A stretch of 64,000 nt of DNA from a virus: positions 32,001 through 96,000 of the IMG/VR virus record IMGVR_UViG_3300020190_000012. One strand, written 5' to 3'. The position numbers and the translations under genes are program-made. The notes under the pieces were generated by a model, which had not been told where the DNA came from, ran no database searches, and saw only the letters and a program-made list of their open reading frames with translations. The stretch's first letter is position 1; every line of letters begins with the position of its first letter. This document shows, in pieces, positions 37,353 through 46,420 of this stretch.

Positions 37353-39407
37353 TCAGGTGAAGGTTCCACCCCTGATGTTGGCAACAAGTGTTCCAACCGA
37401 GTATCCTGTTGCACCAGTGTTGACGGTGGTGGTGGGTTCCGATTGTGAATCCACAAAAAGTCTAAACTTTCCGTCCGAAGCATCGCGGATAAGACCGCAA
37501 TACAGGTCCTGCGATCCACTTGTGTCATAGAGGCCGTAGAAACCGATGTCAACACTGTCAGCGGTGCTGTTGCCATTGGCGAGTTTTATGAGCGGGTCCT
37601 CAACCGATAGGGTCGAGGTGTTAACTGTGACGGTTGTTCCGTTGACAGTCAGATCACCAGTCACGGTCAAGTTGTTGCCAACCGTGGCGTTGTAGCCAAG
37701 CGCAACGGTGCCGCCTGCAGAAGATCCTATGTTGACATTTGTGGTTGACCCAGATTCTCCAATTGCACCTATATTTATGGTGTTGGTGGATCCACTTCCC
37801 GTCGCGCCATTGGCAATTCCAGTGGTTGCACCAGATGCCCCATCGTACCCGAAGCTTGCTGTGGTGGCTGCGCCAAACGCGTTGACGGTTGTTGCGGTGC
37901 TGTCAAACACATTCTGTGTCGTCGTGTTTCCGACAAGTGTGCCGCCACGGATAGTGGTGGTGGCTGTTGTCGAATCACCCATGGTGATGGCGGTGGCTGC
38001 ACCGCCAAGATTCAGGGTCGTTGCCGTGGTGTTGAAAAGGTTCTGTGTCGTCGTGTTCCCGACAAGGGTGCCACCACGAATTGTGGTTGTAGTGCCACTT
38101 GTCGCACCCATGGTGATGGCGGTTGCTGCACCAAAAGCATTCACGGTTGTTGCGGTAGTGTTGAATACAGCTTGTATTGGACAAGCACCCACCAGAAAAG
38201 GGCTGTTTACCGTAGTCGTGCCGCCTTCAACAGAACCAATGTTTACATTAGTGGTAGAGAACTCCGCACCACCAGTGCCCAAGTTTAGAGTTTTGGTGGT
38301 TAAACTAGCAGCAGCACCAGTCGAAATGTTGGTGGTTGAAGCAGCAGTGCCATTGTAACCGATGTTCGCCGTGGCGGCTGCACCAAAAGCATTCACAGTT
38401 GATGCAAGGGTATTAAAGACATTCTGTGTCTGCGTGCCCCCGACAAGTGTACCACCCCTAATTGTGGTTGTTGTACCAGCTCCAGCACCAATTGTGACTG
38501 TAGTTGCCGCTCCACCTACGTTTAGAGTTGTAGCATTTGTATTGAATACTGTTGCTGTACCAGCAGCTGTAGTTGTAATGTCTCCGCCGTTGACAGCAAG
38601 GTCGCCTGTTACCACTGTATCTGCATTATTGATTGTTGTTGTACCAGTTGCAGCACCAATTGAAACGGCTGTTGCGACAAGGCCAATATTGAGTGTTGTG
38701 GCTGTAGCCGTCACAAAATTAAATGACGCGGCACTAGTTCTGATTACCCCTCCGACAGAAATGTCGCCTCCAACGCTGAGGGAGTCCGACGCCGCATTGT
38801 AGGTCAGACCATCACTGTCCACCCTCAATGCGGTGGCGCCAGAGGTGGCATTTGTGAATGCGATGTATGCGGTTGTGGTGGCATCGTCATTTGTGACGCT
38901 CACATTCGTGGCGGTGTCCACTCCTCCCCAACTGAGAACACCGCTGCCATCCGTGGTCAGAACTTCGGACGCATTGCCGTCATTCGCCGGCAGGGTGAAT
39001 GTATATGCTGCATTCGAAGTGGTGGCAGTGGGCGCCTGAAGGGTCAACGTTCCACCACCACCGCCACGGGCTGTGAATACTATTTCACTTGTTGTCCCGA
39101 GACTCAAGTCCCCGGTAAGCGATCCGCCGGAAAGCGGCAGATAATTTCCAGCTAGGCTTTTTACGGCATACTGGGTTGCCAACTTATTGTTTTCACTGCT
39201 GACGCTAGACCAATCGATGGTTGCTTGATCTTCAATGATCGCACCCACCCAGTTCGCCGTATTATTACTGTTAGAGCCTACAAAGAGTTTCTTGTTACTG
39301 CCTGACCCATTGGCAAAAGCTAACTCGCCATCATACAGATCAGAAGGGGCTGTCGTTGCAGAAGAACCATACAGGACGGTTATAAGTGATTCTCTCGATG
39401 TTGGCAC
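37353..39407 (-). CDS. Tail fibre/appendage-like protein with 43-aa internal repeats
   Basis: N-terminus paralogous to 36113-37312 (MP..RES.I..LY...GE.A); YLPLSGGSLTGDL; C-terminal GDLTVNGTTVTVNT..LSVEDPLI; AAAGGA RBS, GTG start. Confidence 0.8.
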   Translation of the reverse strand: MPTSRESLITVLYGSSATTAPSDLYDGELAFANGSGSNKKLFVGSNSNNTANWVGAIIEDQATIDWSSVSSENNKLATQYAVKSLAGNYLPLSGGSLTGDLSLGTTSEIVFTARGGGGGTLTLQAPTATTSNAAYTFTLPANDGNASEVLTTDGSGVLSWGGVDTATNVSVTNDDATTTAYIAFTNATSGATALRVDSDGLTYNAASDSLSVGGDISVGGVIRTSAASFNFVTATATTLNIGLVATAVSIGAATGTTTINNADTVVTGDLAVNGGDITTTAAGTATVFNTNATTLNVGGAATTVTIGAGAGTTTTIRGGTLVGGTQTQNVFNTLASTVNAFGAAATANIGYNGTAASTTNISTGAAASLTTKTLNLGTGGAEFSTTNVNIGSVEGGTTTVNSPFLVGACPIQAVFNTTATTVNAFGAATAITMGATSGTTTTIRGGTLVGNTTTQNLFNTTATTLNLGGAATAITMGDSTTATTTIRGGTLVGNTTTQNVFDSTATTVNAFGAATTASFGYDGASGATTGIANGATGSGSTNTINIGAIGESGSTTNVNIGSSAGGTVALGYNATVGNNLTVTGDLTVNGTTVTVNTSTLSVEDPLIKLANGNSTADSVDIGFYGLYDTSGSQDLYCGLIRDASDGKFRLFVDSQSEPTTTVNTGATGYSVGTLVANIRGGTFT
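37860..38520. repeat. Imperfect internal repeats in the fibre gene (129-nt spacing between best copies)
   Basis: TTCTGTGTCGTCGTGTT.CCGACAAG at 37912 and 38041, with a related copy near 38422. Protein unit TTTTIRGGTLVG.T.TQN.F. Confidence 0.8.
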
Positions 39408-39622
39408 GGTTTTTATCCTTTAATTTTGCGCTTCTGATTCATTCTATATGTTTTTCGGTAAAAGTTACCTCTACACCTGTGTATACAACATACACAACTA
39501 TATCATAGAATTTATTAATTATTTTCTCTTTGGAGGTCGCACAAACGGAAAGAAACCGCAGAAATTGCTATGCTGATAATTACTAGAACAAGTATCGTAG
39601 CATGGCCTTCTATAGACCAAGA

Positions 39623-40549
39623 TTAGTTACTGAATAAACCCGCCCTGGTGATCTGTTGTCTTGTGTATCCCTCGAGATAATCAGCATCAACTCCATATAT
39701 CAGTGACCCATCTCCAGATGGGTACCTGAGAAGACTATCGAAGACAGGAACATTTCCTTCTCCGTTGCCAACATCTCTAGTTACAACAGTCCCTAGCCCT
39801 AGCGTTGCTCGTTGCGTGTTGGCATCGGGGTCATCAAGCAGGGCTTTGCCTGCCGCCGTAATATCTCCACCGAGCTTAGATGTTGAAACCACTTCGGAAT
39901 CAATCGTCCATGTGGAGCCAGAACCACTGACGGTGATGTCGCCCTTGTCTCCGTCTGTGATGCCTGCACCGCCAGCTGGAGAAGATGCAACCCATGCAGA
40001 CCCAGTCCATGTGGGAACCTGTCCAGATGCTGCACCGCTCTGTGCTATTTTTGACAATGGCACGGAAGATACGGAAACTGTTGCTGTTCCACCATTGGAC
40101 AGTGACACGGATATGGTGCCGTCCTGATTTGACAGGCCCTCAAGCTTTGGTGGCGACAACAGGCGCCACGCTGTGCCGTCCCACTGCCACTTGCGTCGGC
40201 CGTGGATGATGATCTGACTGACGGTTGGGGACTGGATCAAGACCATGGCTGTGGTGGCTGCAGAAAGTTGTAAAAAGTCTCCCTCAGAACCAAACTCAAC
40301 CCATGCAGACCTTCCCTGCGGATCTGTGTACCATACCGCCTCCCTACCAGTTATAGGATTTATCCAACGCCCACCTAAAGATGGCGACGGGGGCTGTGTT
40401 GGGGATATTTCAGTCTTCTGTCTAACAATAGTGGCTGGTACCCATTTGCCCTGGGACTGATTCCAAACCAGCGTATTGCCGTCCTGTGGCTGATGTCTTG
40501 CGACATCAGCAAGATCTTTCAGTCTGGAAATCGGAACATTTGGAGACAT
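39623..40549 (-). CDS. Tail fibre-like protein
   Basis: LKDLADV...PQDGNTLVWNQSQGKWVP, GQVPTWTGSAW, ITDGDKGDITVSGSG, GKALLDD...QRATLGLG. I place the start at ATG 40549; the track's extension to 40819 looks non-coding. Confidence 0.72.
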   Translation of the reverse strand: MSPNVPISRLKDLADVARHQPQDGNTLVWNQSQGKWVPATIVRQKTEISPTQPPSPSLGGRWINPITGREAVWYTDPQGRSAWVEFGSEGDFLQLSAATTAMVLIQSPTVSQIIIHGRRKWQWDGTAWRLLSPPKLEGLSNQDGTISVSLSNGGTATVSVSSVPLSKIAQSGAASGQVPTWTGSAWVASSPAGGAGITDGDKGDITVSGSGSTWTIDSEVVSTSKLGGDITAAGKALLDDPDANTQRATLGLGTVVTRDVGNGEGNVPVFDSLLRYPSGDGSLIYGVDADYLEGYTRQQITRAGLFSN

Positions 40550-40673
40550 AGCCACAAAAGATGTTTCACAAAAACTGGTTCTTTCCCCCCATCTGAAAAA
40601 ATTCTTCGTGCAGATAAGTTGACAATTTTCAGTATTTTTTGTTTTCCGACCACCCGTAGGACGAATAATTAGA

Positions 40674-41151
40674 TAGGTCTCTCGCCTGTATCGGAGACCA
40701 AAATCTTGGTGTGGCGCTTCTGGGGGCGCCTGATGGGTTTTGAGCAATCGCCCCCGACGGACGTAAGTCTGGTCCAACAGCTCAAGTATGCTCAGGAGTC
40801 GGGAGCTATTAGGCATCATGCATCCACAAGGCGCATGTGTGTCACCGATGGGGTTTCTACAGTCTACAGGAAGTCTGCCCGTGCACCGTCCCAGGTGTGC
40901 TTATGAAACATATCGATCAGTCATGGTCGGATGGGATGATACACCTTGATGGAGGATGACCTCTTGCCAGTGTTTGGGTGTATCAAGATGTTCTTGGCAA
41001 GAGTGGCAAAGACAAGGGATTATTGTCTCTACATCACGGGTCGTATGTCGTTGTTGTAAATCTGTATATATATAATATACCTATACACCGTTGGGCCGAA
41101 GGTCCAACGGCTGTGGTGCACATCCGGCGGAGCCAGGATTGTGCACCACCA
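40674..41151 (+). ncRNA. Candidate structured non-coding RNA (class unknown)
   Basis: No convincing ORF; numerous stems, G-U pairs that work on the plus strand, a GTAA tetraloop and two crossing perfect 9-bp helices. Confidence 0.45.
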
Positions 41152-41244
41152 TTCTGCCTTGATGGTCATTCCCAATTGAGTTGATACCTATTTTTAAGAG
41201 CAATGCCAAATTCTTTCCTGAACTAGGTGTTCATGAACATTTAT

Positions 41245-42117
41245 TTATTCAGCGGATGCATCAGACCAGTCTGGATGCATACTTTGCATATCAATCAGGG
41301 ATGATTCTCCCCACATTTGACGGACAGTCCTCAAGATTCCATCACTATGTGTGGTACACAGGAACTGTGTTTTTGGGAATTGAATATTCAAAGCCTTAAC
41401 CAATCGTGGATGCCTACGGAAATAGACATGCATCTCAAGATTGTCAACTAAAGCCATACTCCTGTCATCAGACAACTTCATGCAAAGATGACGCAACAAT
41501 GTTGCTATCTTTTTCTCTCCATCACTCATTCTCTTGTGGTGAACCCTAGTGAACCCTTTTCTGATACAGAAATCCTGATAGAAATCCACCCTTTCACCTG
41601 ATTCGGCTGTTGTCACAAGCTTTCCGAGTTCACAAGGCAACCCATAAACCTCGTCAGCAAGTTTAAGAAACCTTTCTCCCAAATGAGATGGGAGTTGAAA
41701 CTTGTACATATTCATGGGGTGGTCTGCATCACAGTAGGCAGCCCAACCATCTGATCCTGAAGGGGCTTCTTCAAGCCCATTTTCAACTATTTCTCCACCT
41801 ATGATGGAGACATTCGATACTCCACCATCATGAAGAAATTCAGCATACATACTGCATGGCTCTGAAGATGGAATGTAGGCAGCCATAGTTGGGTCATAAT
41901 CAGGATTGTATGTCAATTTTCTGAACAGCATAGAATTATCACGCCCCCTCAGCATTCTTGGGGTGGAAACAATCCTGATGGCATGCATAAGTGTTGACTT
42001 ACCCGTGCCATTTGGTCCGAAAAATACGGAGAACGGTCTGTTTTCTGGATAGAAGTCAAAACTTGCGTCCTTCAACCCACAAAAATTCTTCAACTTCAAA
42101 CTTTTGAGCCAATACAT
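41245..42117 (-). CDS. ABC/SMC-like ATPase (AAA_21/OLD/PtuA-like)
   Basis: LKSLKLKNF, GPNGTGKST, signature MSDGEKK, Walker B ALVDNLEMH, QFLCTTHS. Confidence 0.85.
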   Translation of the reverse strand: MYWLKSLKLKNFCGLKDASFDFYPENRPFSVFFGPNGTGKSTLMHAIRIVSTPRMLRGRDNSMLFRKLTYNPDYDPTMAAYIPSSEPCSMYAEFLHDGGVSNVSIIGGEIVENGLEEAPSGSDGWAAYCDADHPMNMYKFQLPSHLGERFLKLADEVYGLPCELGKLVTTAESGERVDFYQDFCIRKGFTRVHHKRMSDGEKKIATLLRHLCMKLSDDRSMALVDNLEMHVYFRRHPRLVKALNIQFPKTQFLCTTHSDGILRTVRQMWGESSLIDMQSMHPDWSDASAE

Positions 42118-42121
42118 GCAG

Positions 42122-42802
42122 ATGAAAACCTTTCAAGAACTTTTATCGGAAATTGAGCCACACAAGGCAGCGGTAGAAATAATTACTTCTGCATTGGATA
42201 GAGGTATACAGCCTGACAGCATTATCGCCGAATTCGATGTTAGCAACGGGATGATGAAGTCAAAGGGTAAAGCAAACACATGGATCAGATTTGACTGCAA
42301 GCCAGGTGTGATAAAAAATCTGATCCAAATCATGTCTGAAACTAGTTATGTTTGCGACGACGATGTCCAAGCCATGGACAGGTGGAGAGACGAAGTATCC
42401 AAGATTCTAGAAACCGACATGCTCCATAAAATCCGTGAAGCCATAAGGGAAAGAATATTGGGTGGAGCCACGCCAGAGGCAATACCACTCCATGACATAC
42501 AAATCACGGATTTAGACATAAGTGATCTACCTGAAGACGACTGTGTCTTAGTGATCAAAAAATCAGCGCCACAGGGTGAGGAAACCCAACCTGTGTCTGA
42601 GGATATATTTGGAGAGAAGGGGCGCACTGGGGAGACCATACAGCAGGTGGTTGACCGCAGGAAGCGGGAGGGGGATCCGAGGTACAAATGGGTTGTTGAC
42701 GTGGAGCAAAGAAAGCATTTTTTTGAGGTGACGGTGTCAATTTCCGCCGACTATTCATTATCTTCTTTGGAGGGGGTTTTAAAAAAACCAAGAAAGGTAT
42801 AA
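42122..42802 (+). CDS. Hypothetical protein
   Basis: About 226 aa; starts back-to-back with the ATPase gene. Confidence 0.65.
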   Translation: MKTFQELLSEIEPHKAAVEIITSALDRGIQPDSIIAEFDVSNGMMKSKGKANTWIRFDCKPGVIKNLIQIMSETSYVCDDDVQAMDRWRDEVSKILETDMLHKIREAIRERILGGATPEAIPLHDIQITDLDISDLPEDDCVLVIKKSAPQGEETQPVSEDIFGEKGRTGETIQQVVDRRKREGDPRYKWVVDVEQRKHFFEVTVSISADYSLSSLEGVLKKPRKV

Positions 42803-42820
42803 CCTGGAGGATTTTCATCT

Positions 42821-43156
42821 ATGATGGAATTTGTTTCTGATTCTGCCGACATAAAAAAGACGGCAGCAGAGTATCAGGGCAAAGAGGTTACGCTGAGGAA
42901 TATACTTCCTGGCGATGTTAAGAAATTTAAGGTCTATGTAAAAGATCCGTCCTCTGGTAATGTCAAGAAGATTAACTTCGGTCATGGCGGGTCATCTGCC
43001 AAGGCTAGAGGCGAAAAGACCATGTCAATAAAGAGAAATAATAGTGACAGGCAGAATAATTTTCTTGCACGTCACAAGTGCGACACCGCAAAAGATCCCA
43101 CGACGCCAAGGTATTGGTCATGCAAGGCATGGCGTCGCGGAACAAAACTACCCTGA
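42821..43156 (+). CDS. Small basic phage protein (AEYQG...KKFKVYVK...RH.C...YWSC family)
   Basis: GGAGG RBS; I recall this motif set from small proteins of T4-like marine phages. Confidence 0.7.
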   Translation: MMEFVSDSADIKKTAAEYQGKEVTLRNILPGDVKKFKVYVKDPSSGNVKKINFGHGGSSAKARGEKTMSIKRNNSDRQNNFLARHKCDTAKDPTTPRYWSCKAWRRGTKLP

Positions 43157-43167
43157 AAGGAAACAAA

Positions 43168-44199
43168 ATGGCTCATATCAAAACAGCAAGTAATGGGACA
43201 CAGAAGATTTCAATGTCCACCCCGGAGTGGATTGATATTGGTTTGAAGCGTGGTCTGCTCTCAATTGATCCCCGAGTTCCAAGATTCGCTGCAGAGCTTA
43301 CAAAGTCTGCTGGTCTCGAACCTGGCAAGGCAAGTTATACAACGATCAAGAAAGCCATGCAGAATGAAGAGATCATGGCAAAGATCGCAGAAAACCTTGA
43401 AGGAAGTTCGCTGATCAAGACTGCTCAGCAGGTCGGTCAGGACACAGGAGGCCCAGGCTGGGGTAGTACCGCTGCCACTGCCGCTGCAGGTCTTGCTGCC
43501 GCACCCCTCCTCACCCAGGGCGGCAGGGCCATGTACACCAACCTTGCCAAAAATGTCGGTTCTGGTCTCGCGAGCGCCGGACAGAGCACCGCTGGAACCC
43601 TTGGTGGACTTGGAAGTGCCTTTGGCAGAGGATTTGGTGGAGCACCTGTTGGTGGCGCAGCAACAACGTTTGGCAATGTCGCAAAAGGCGTAGGAGGTTT
43701 CGCGGCAAGAATGGCTCTCCCAGCCCTTGCGGGCGTCGGAGGTTTCTTGGGCAGCAAGTACCTGATAGATTACTTCAAGGACAAATCCAAGGGCGATGCA
43801 GCTCCAAACCCAGAACTGATGACCGACCCGGCAAAGCAGAAGTTAATCATGAGGTCAATATATCAATTCAACCAGTTGGCTCCAACGCTGAAGGGTATGT
43901 CTAGCAGCATTGACAAGCAGCTTGACACCGTAGCGTCAGCCGTGACTGACACTATCCAGACAATGCAGCAGATGCAGAACAATAATATGACTCCAACCGT
44001 GACCACCCCTGAAGAGCAGAGGGCAAAAGAGTTGGCAGATGCCCAAGCAGCTCAGGCTGCTGCTCAGGCCGCATACGCGAAGTCTATGGCAGGTCCACAG
44101 GTTCAGGCTCCCGTTGGCCTGCCAGCCGCCCCTGTCCCAACAGGTCCACAGGTTCAGTCTCCCGTTGGTCTGCCAGTCGCCCCTGTTCCAACACGCTGA
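43168..44199 (+). CDS. Gly/Ala-rich putative internal virion/ejection protein
   Basis: ATG 43168 with AAAGGA RBS; glycine-zipper-like hydrophobic segments; W..IG...G leader. Confidence 0.65.
   Translation: MAHIKTASNGTQKISMSTPEWIDIGLKRGLLSIDPRVPRFAAELTKSAGLEPGKASYTTIKKAMQNEEIMAKIAENLEGSSLIKTAQQVGQDTGGPGWGSTAATAAAGLAAAPLLTQGGRAMYTNLAKNVGSGLASAGQSTAGTLGGLGSAFGRGFGGAPVGGAATTFGNVAKGVGGFAARMALPALAGVGGFLGSKYLIDYFKDKSKGDAAPNPELMTDPAKQKLIMRSIYQFNQLAPTLKGMSSSIDKQLDTVASAVTDTIQTMQQMQNNNMTPTVTTPEEQRAKELADAQAAQAAAQAAYAKSMAGPQVQAPVGLPAAPVPTGPQVQSPVGLPVAPVPTR
44090..44193. repeat. 51-bp tandem duplication (GPQVQ.PVGLP.APVPT x2)
   Basis: Units start at 44090 and 44141 with few mismatches. Confidence 0.9.
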
Positions 44200-44220
44200 T
44201 CAGAAACAGAAAGAACAAAA

Positions 44221-44856
44221 ATGAACGACAAGAAAATGATAAAAATATCAGACCGTCAGTGGATTGAAGCAGGCATCAAGCGTGGGTATCTCGCAAAAGG
44301 CCCCGAGGGTGTCATGCTTCGTAAAGAAGCATTGGGACCACTTGCTGCCCTCGGTGTAGGTGCTGCTCTACCTGCTGTGTGGGAAGGTGGCAAATGGCTG
44401 TGGAACAAAGCCACGGACAATCGTAGTTTAGGAGAACTTTTTTCCGGGTACGGTATCAATCCACAAAAATTTCAACAGATCCAGACGAACTACAAGTTGC
44501 TCATGAGTCACCTTGACAAGTTGTCCACGATGTCCCCGCGTGTTGCTCAGGCAGTCACGGCAGCAAAAGTCGAAATGGCAGCCAAGATGAACGACATGGC
44601 ACGACAGATTGGTGTTGCAGGAGGTTCTGCCTCTTTCGGCGGTCAGCAACTTGAGGAAGAAACCACCGCTGCACACAAGAAGCAGCTGGAGGACATTCAG
44701 AAGAAGACCCAGATGTATGGCGCTCTTGGCAAGGGACCTGGAGGCGAACTGCCGAAAGACTTCAACCCACAAGCCCCTGTCAAGCCTACTGGCGGAACAC
44801 CAAATCAGTCTGCCACAGCAGCCGCTCCTAAGCCACCAGGAGCTCTAGCAGCCTAA
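44221..44856 (+). CDS. Putative internal virion protein, distantly related to the preceding gene
   Basis: Leader KISDRQWIEAGIKRGYL; hydrophobic LGPLAALGVGAALP directly after RKEA. Confidence 0.7.
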   Translation: MNDKKMIKISDRQWIEAGIKRGYLAKGPEGVMLRKEALGPLAALGVGAALPAVWEGGKWLWNKATDNRSLGELFSGYGINPQKFQQIQTNYKLLMSHLDKLSTMSPRVAQAVTAAKVEMAAKMNDMARQIGVAGGSASFGGQQLEEETTAAHKKQLEDIQKKTQMYGALGKGPGGELPKDFNPQAPVKPTGGTPNQSATAAAPKPPGALAA

Positions 44857-44867
44857 TTCAATTCACT

Positions 44868-45356
44868 ATGGATAAGGTTGCTCAGTCATCTGAAGTGTCT
44901 GGAGCCCAACGTATGAGGGCTCGTGATGTTGGTCTTTCTGGCAGCGCTGCCCAGCCAGTGGCCCCATCAGCAAGGGACATGGCAGCCCGGGGTGCAGGCT
45001 CGATTCGTGCATGGGGGCCTTCTGCAACATCCAGGGACAATGTGGCCGCAGCTCCGCTTGGCAACATGGGCACAGTTCCTGATACATCTCAGTGGGGAGC
45101 TCCTAGTACATCTCAGCGGATGGTTCAGCAGTCGCAAGGACAACAGGCTGTTGCACAACCAGCGTGGCAATACAATCCAAATGCAGCACAGGTAACCACT
45201 CCGACTCAGGTCGGAGAGGATTCATATGAGGTTTGGACTGGTCCACATCAGTATTCAGGTCAGCCTGTTGACATGAAGTGGGTCATTTCGCTGCAGACAG
45301 GTGGAAAGTGGCAGCCGACACAGGAACTTAGAGCCCACCAAGGGCAGGGAACTTAA
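44868..45356 (+). CDS. Low-complexity hypothetical protein
   Basis: Begins MDKVAQ; in operon. Confidence 0.6.
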   Translation: MDKVAQSSEVSGAQRMRARDVGLSGSAAQPVAPSARDMAARGAGSIRAWGPSATSRDNVAAAPLGNMGTVPDTSQWGAPSTSQRMVQQSQGQQAVAQPAWQYNPNAAQVTTPTQVGEDSYEVWTGPHQYSGQPVDMKWVISLQTGGKWQPTQELRAHQGQGT

Positions 45357-45357
45357 C

Positions 45358-46350
45358 ATGGATAAAATTTACACAGGCTTTGGACCACTGACCACCCTCA
45401 CAGACCCAAATGAGGCAAGCATGGTTCTCGACATGTTCAGGGATATTGCACGCTCAAAGCAGGCACAATCCTTTAACCAGATGGCTGCTGATAAAGAGAA
45501 TGCTGCCATAGCCGCCGAAGCCAAGAGTTGGCTTGATGGAGGCAAGGAATGGTACATCGCCATCGGTGGTCCGCACTACGAATCTCTTGACCCCGCAAGC
45601 AAGAAAAAGTTACTTGAGTATTACATCAAGAAAATGTCAGAAACTGGACTGTTTTCAAATAGGGAGTCCGCCATAGATAATGCATTCAGGCTTCAGCCGC
45701 GACTCAAACCATTAGGGGAAAATAGGGAACAGAAGGCTATCCAGATACTGAAATATGAGTTGGAAAGGATTCAGTCTGCCCTACAGCAGCCTGCTCAGCA
45801 GCCGACGCAGCCTGCTCAGCAGCCGACACATCAGCCTTCAAGACAACCTGCAGGTAAGAAGCAGCCCAAGGCCCAAGAAACCCCATCATCAGTCAACACA
45901 ACTGACGCAAGCGACTCACAGCAATCCACCGCCGCTGCGAAAGACAAGGCAGGCGGCAAGGGGGCCACTACTCAGCAGGCAGATGCAGGTGGAAAGCCCA
46001 AGGCTGCGACTCCTGGTCAGCAGGGCGGTTCTGGTGTGGGGCTTCTGTCTCTCGTTGAACAAGGACTGGCAGTCGTGCTCGATGCCATCAAAAAGATGCC
46101 GTCTGCGCCCAAGGTTTCCGATCAGGTTCTCGCCCAGATGATTGTCGCAGACCAGCCGCAATATTGGTTCCCAAACAACGAGGTGTCAGAAACTGGCTTT
46201 TACGGACCGTTTGCGCGTGGACAGAACATTTTCTGGGCAGAGATTGAGTATAACGGTCAAGCTGGGCAATTCATGTACAGTGGCAGGTATGCATCTGTTC
46301 CTGCTGCGGCGTCTCAGGCAGTTCAGCAATCATCTGCTCAGGGCACCTAA
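45358..46350 (+). CDS. Q/P/A-rich hypothetical protein
   Basis: ATG 45358 directly after the previous stop; contains SKQAQ and QQPA repeats. Confidence 0.7.
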   Translation: MDKIYTGFGPLTTLTDPNEASMVLDMFRDIARSKQAQSFNQMAADKENAAIAAEAKSWLDGGKEWYIAIGGPHYESLDPASKKKLLEYYIKKMSETGLFSNRESAIDNAFRLQPRLKPLGENREQKAIQILKYELERIQSALQQPAQQPTQPAQQPTHQPSRQPAGKKQPKAQETPSSVNTTDASDSQQSTAAAKDKAGGKGATTQQADAGGKPKAATPGQQGGSGVGLLSLVEQGLAVVLDAIKKMPSAPKVSDQVLAQMIVADQPQYWFPNNEVSETGFYGPFARGQNIFWAEIEYNGQAGQFMYSGRYASVPAAASQAVQQSSAQGT

Positions 46351-46363
46351 GATATTATCCGTT

Positions 46364-46408
46364 AAAAACAAAAAGGGCTCCCTGATGGGATGCCCTTTTT
46401 GTTGTTTC
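46364..46408. terminator. Bidirectional rho-independent terminator between convergent operons
   Basis: AACAAAAAGGGC-TCCC-TGAT-GGGA-T-GCCCTTTTTGTT with A and T tracts on either side. Confidence 0.85.
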
Positions 46409-46420
46409 TTATGATCTCGC

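Noticed and set aside
36113-40549. Diversity-generating retroelement acting on the fibres
   Set aside because: No reverse transcriptase and no template/variable repeat pair differing at adenines in this window.
40550-40819. N-terminal 90-aa extension of the third fibre ORF
   Set aside because: Composition is unlike the rest of the protein and it overlaps the structured non-coding region; fibre motifs begin at ATG 40549.
40722-41151. tRNA or tmRNA call (GGGGGCG start, ACCA end)
   Set aside because: No TTC-containing T-loop, no cloverleaf, and the two ends do not pair as an acceptor stem. Kept only as an unclassified ncRNA candidate.
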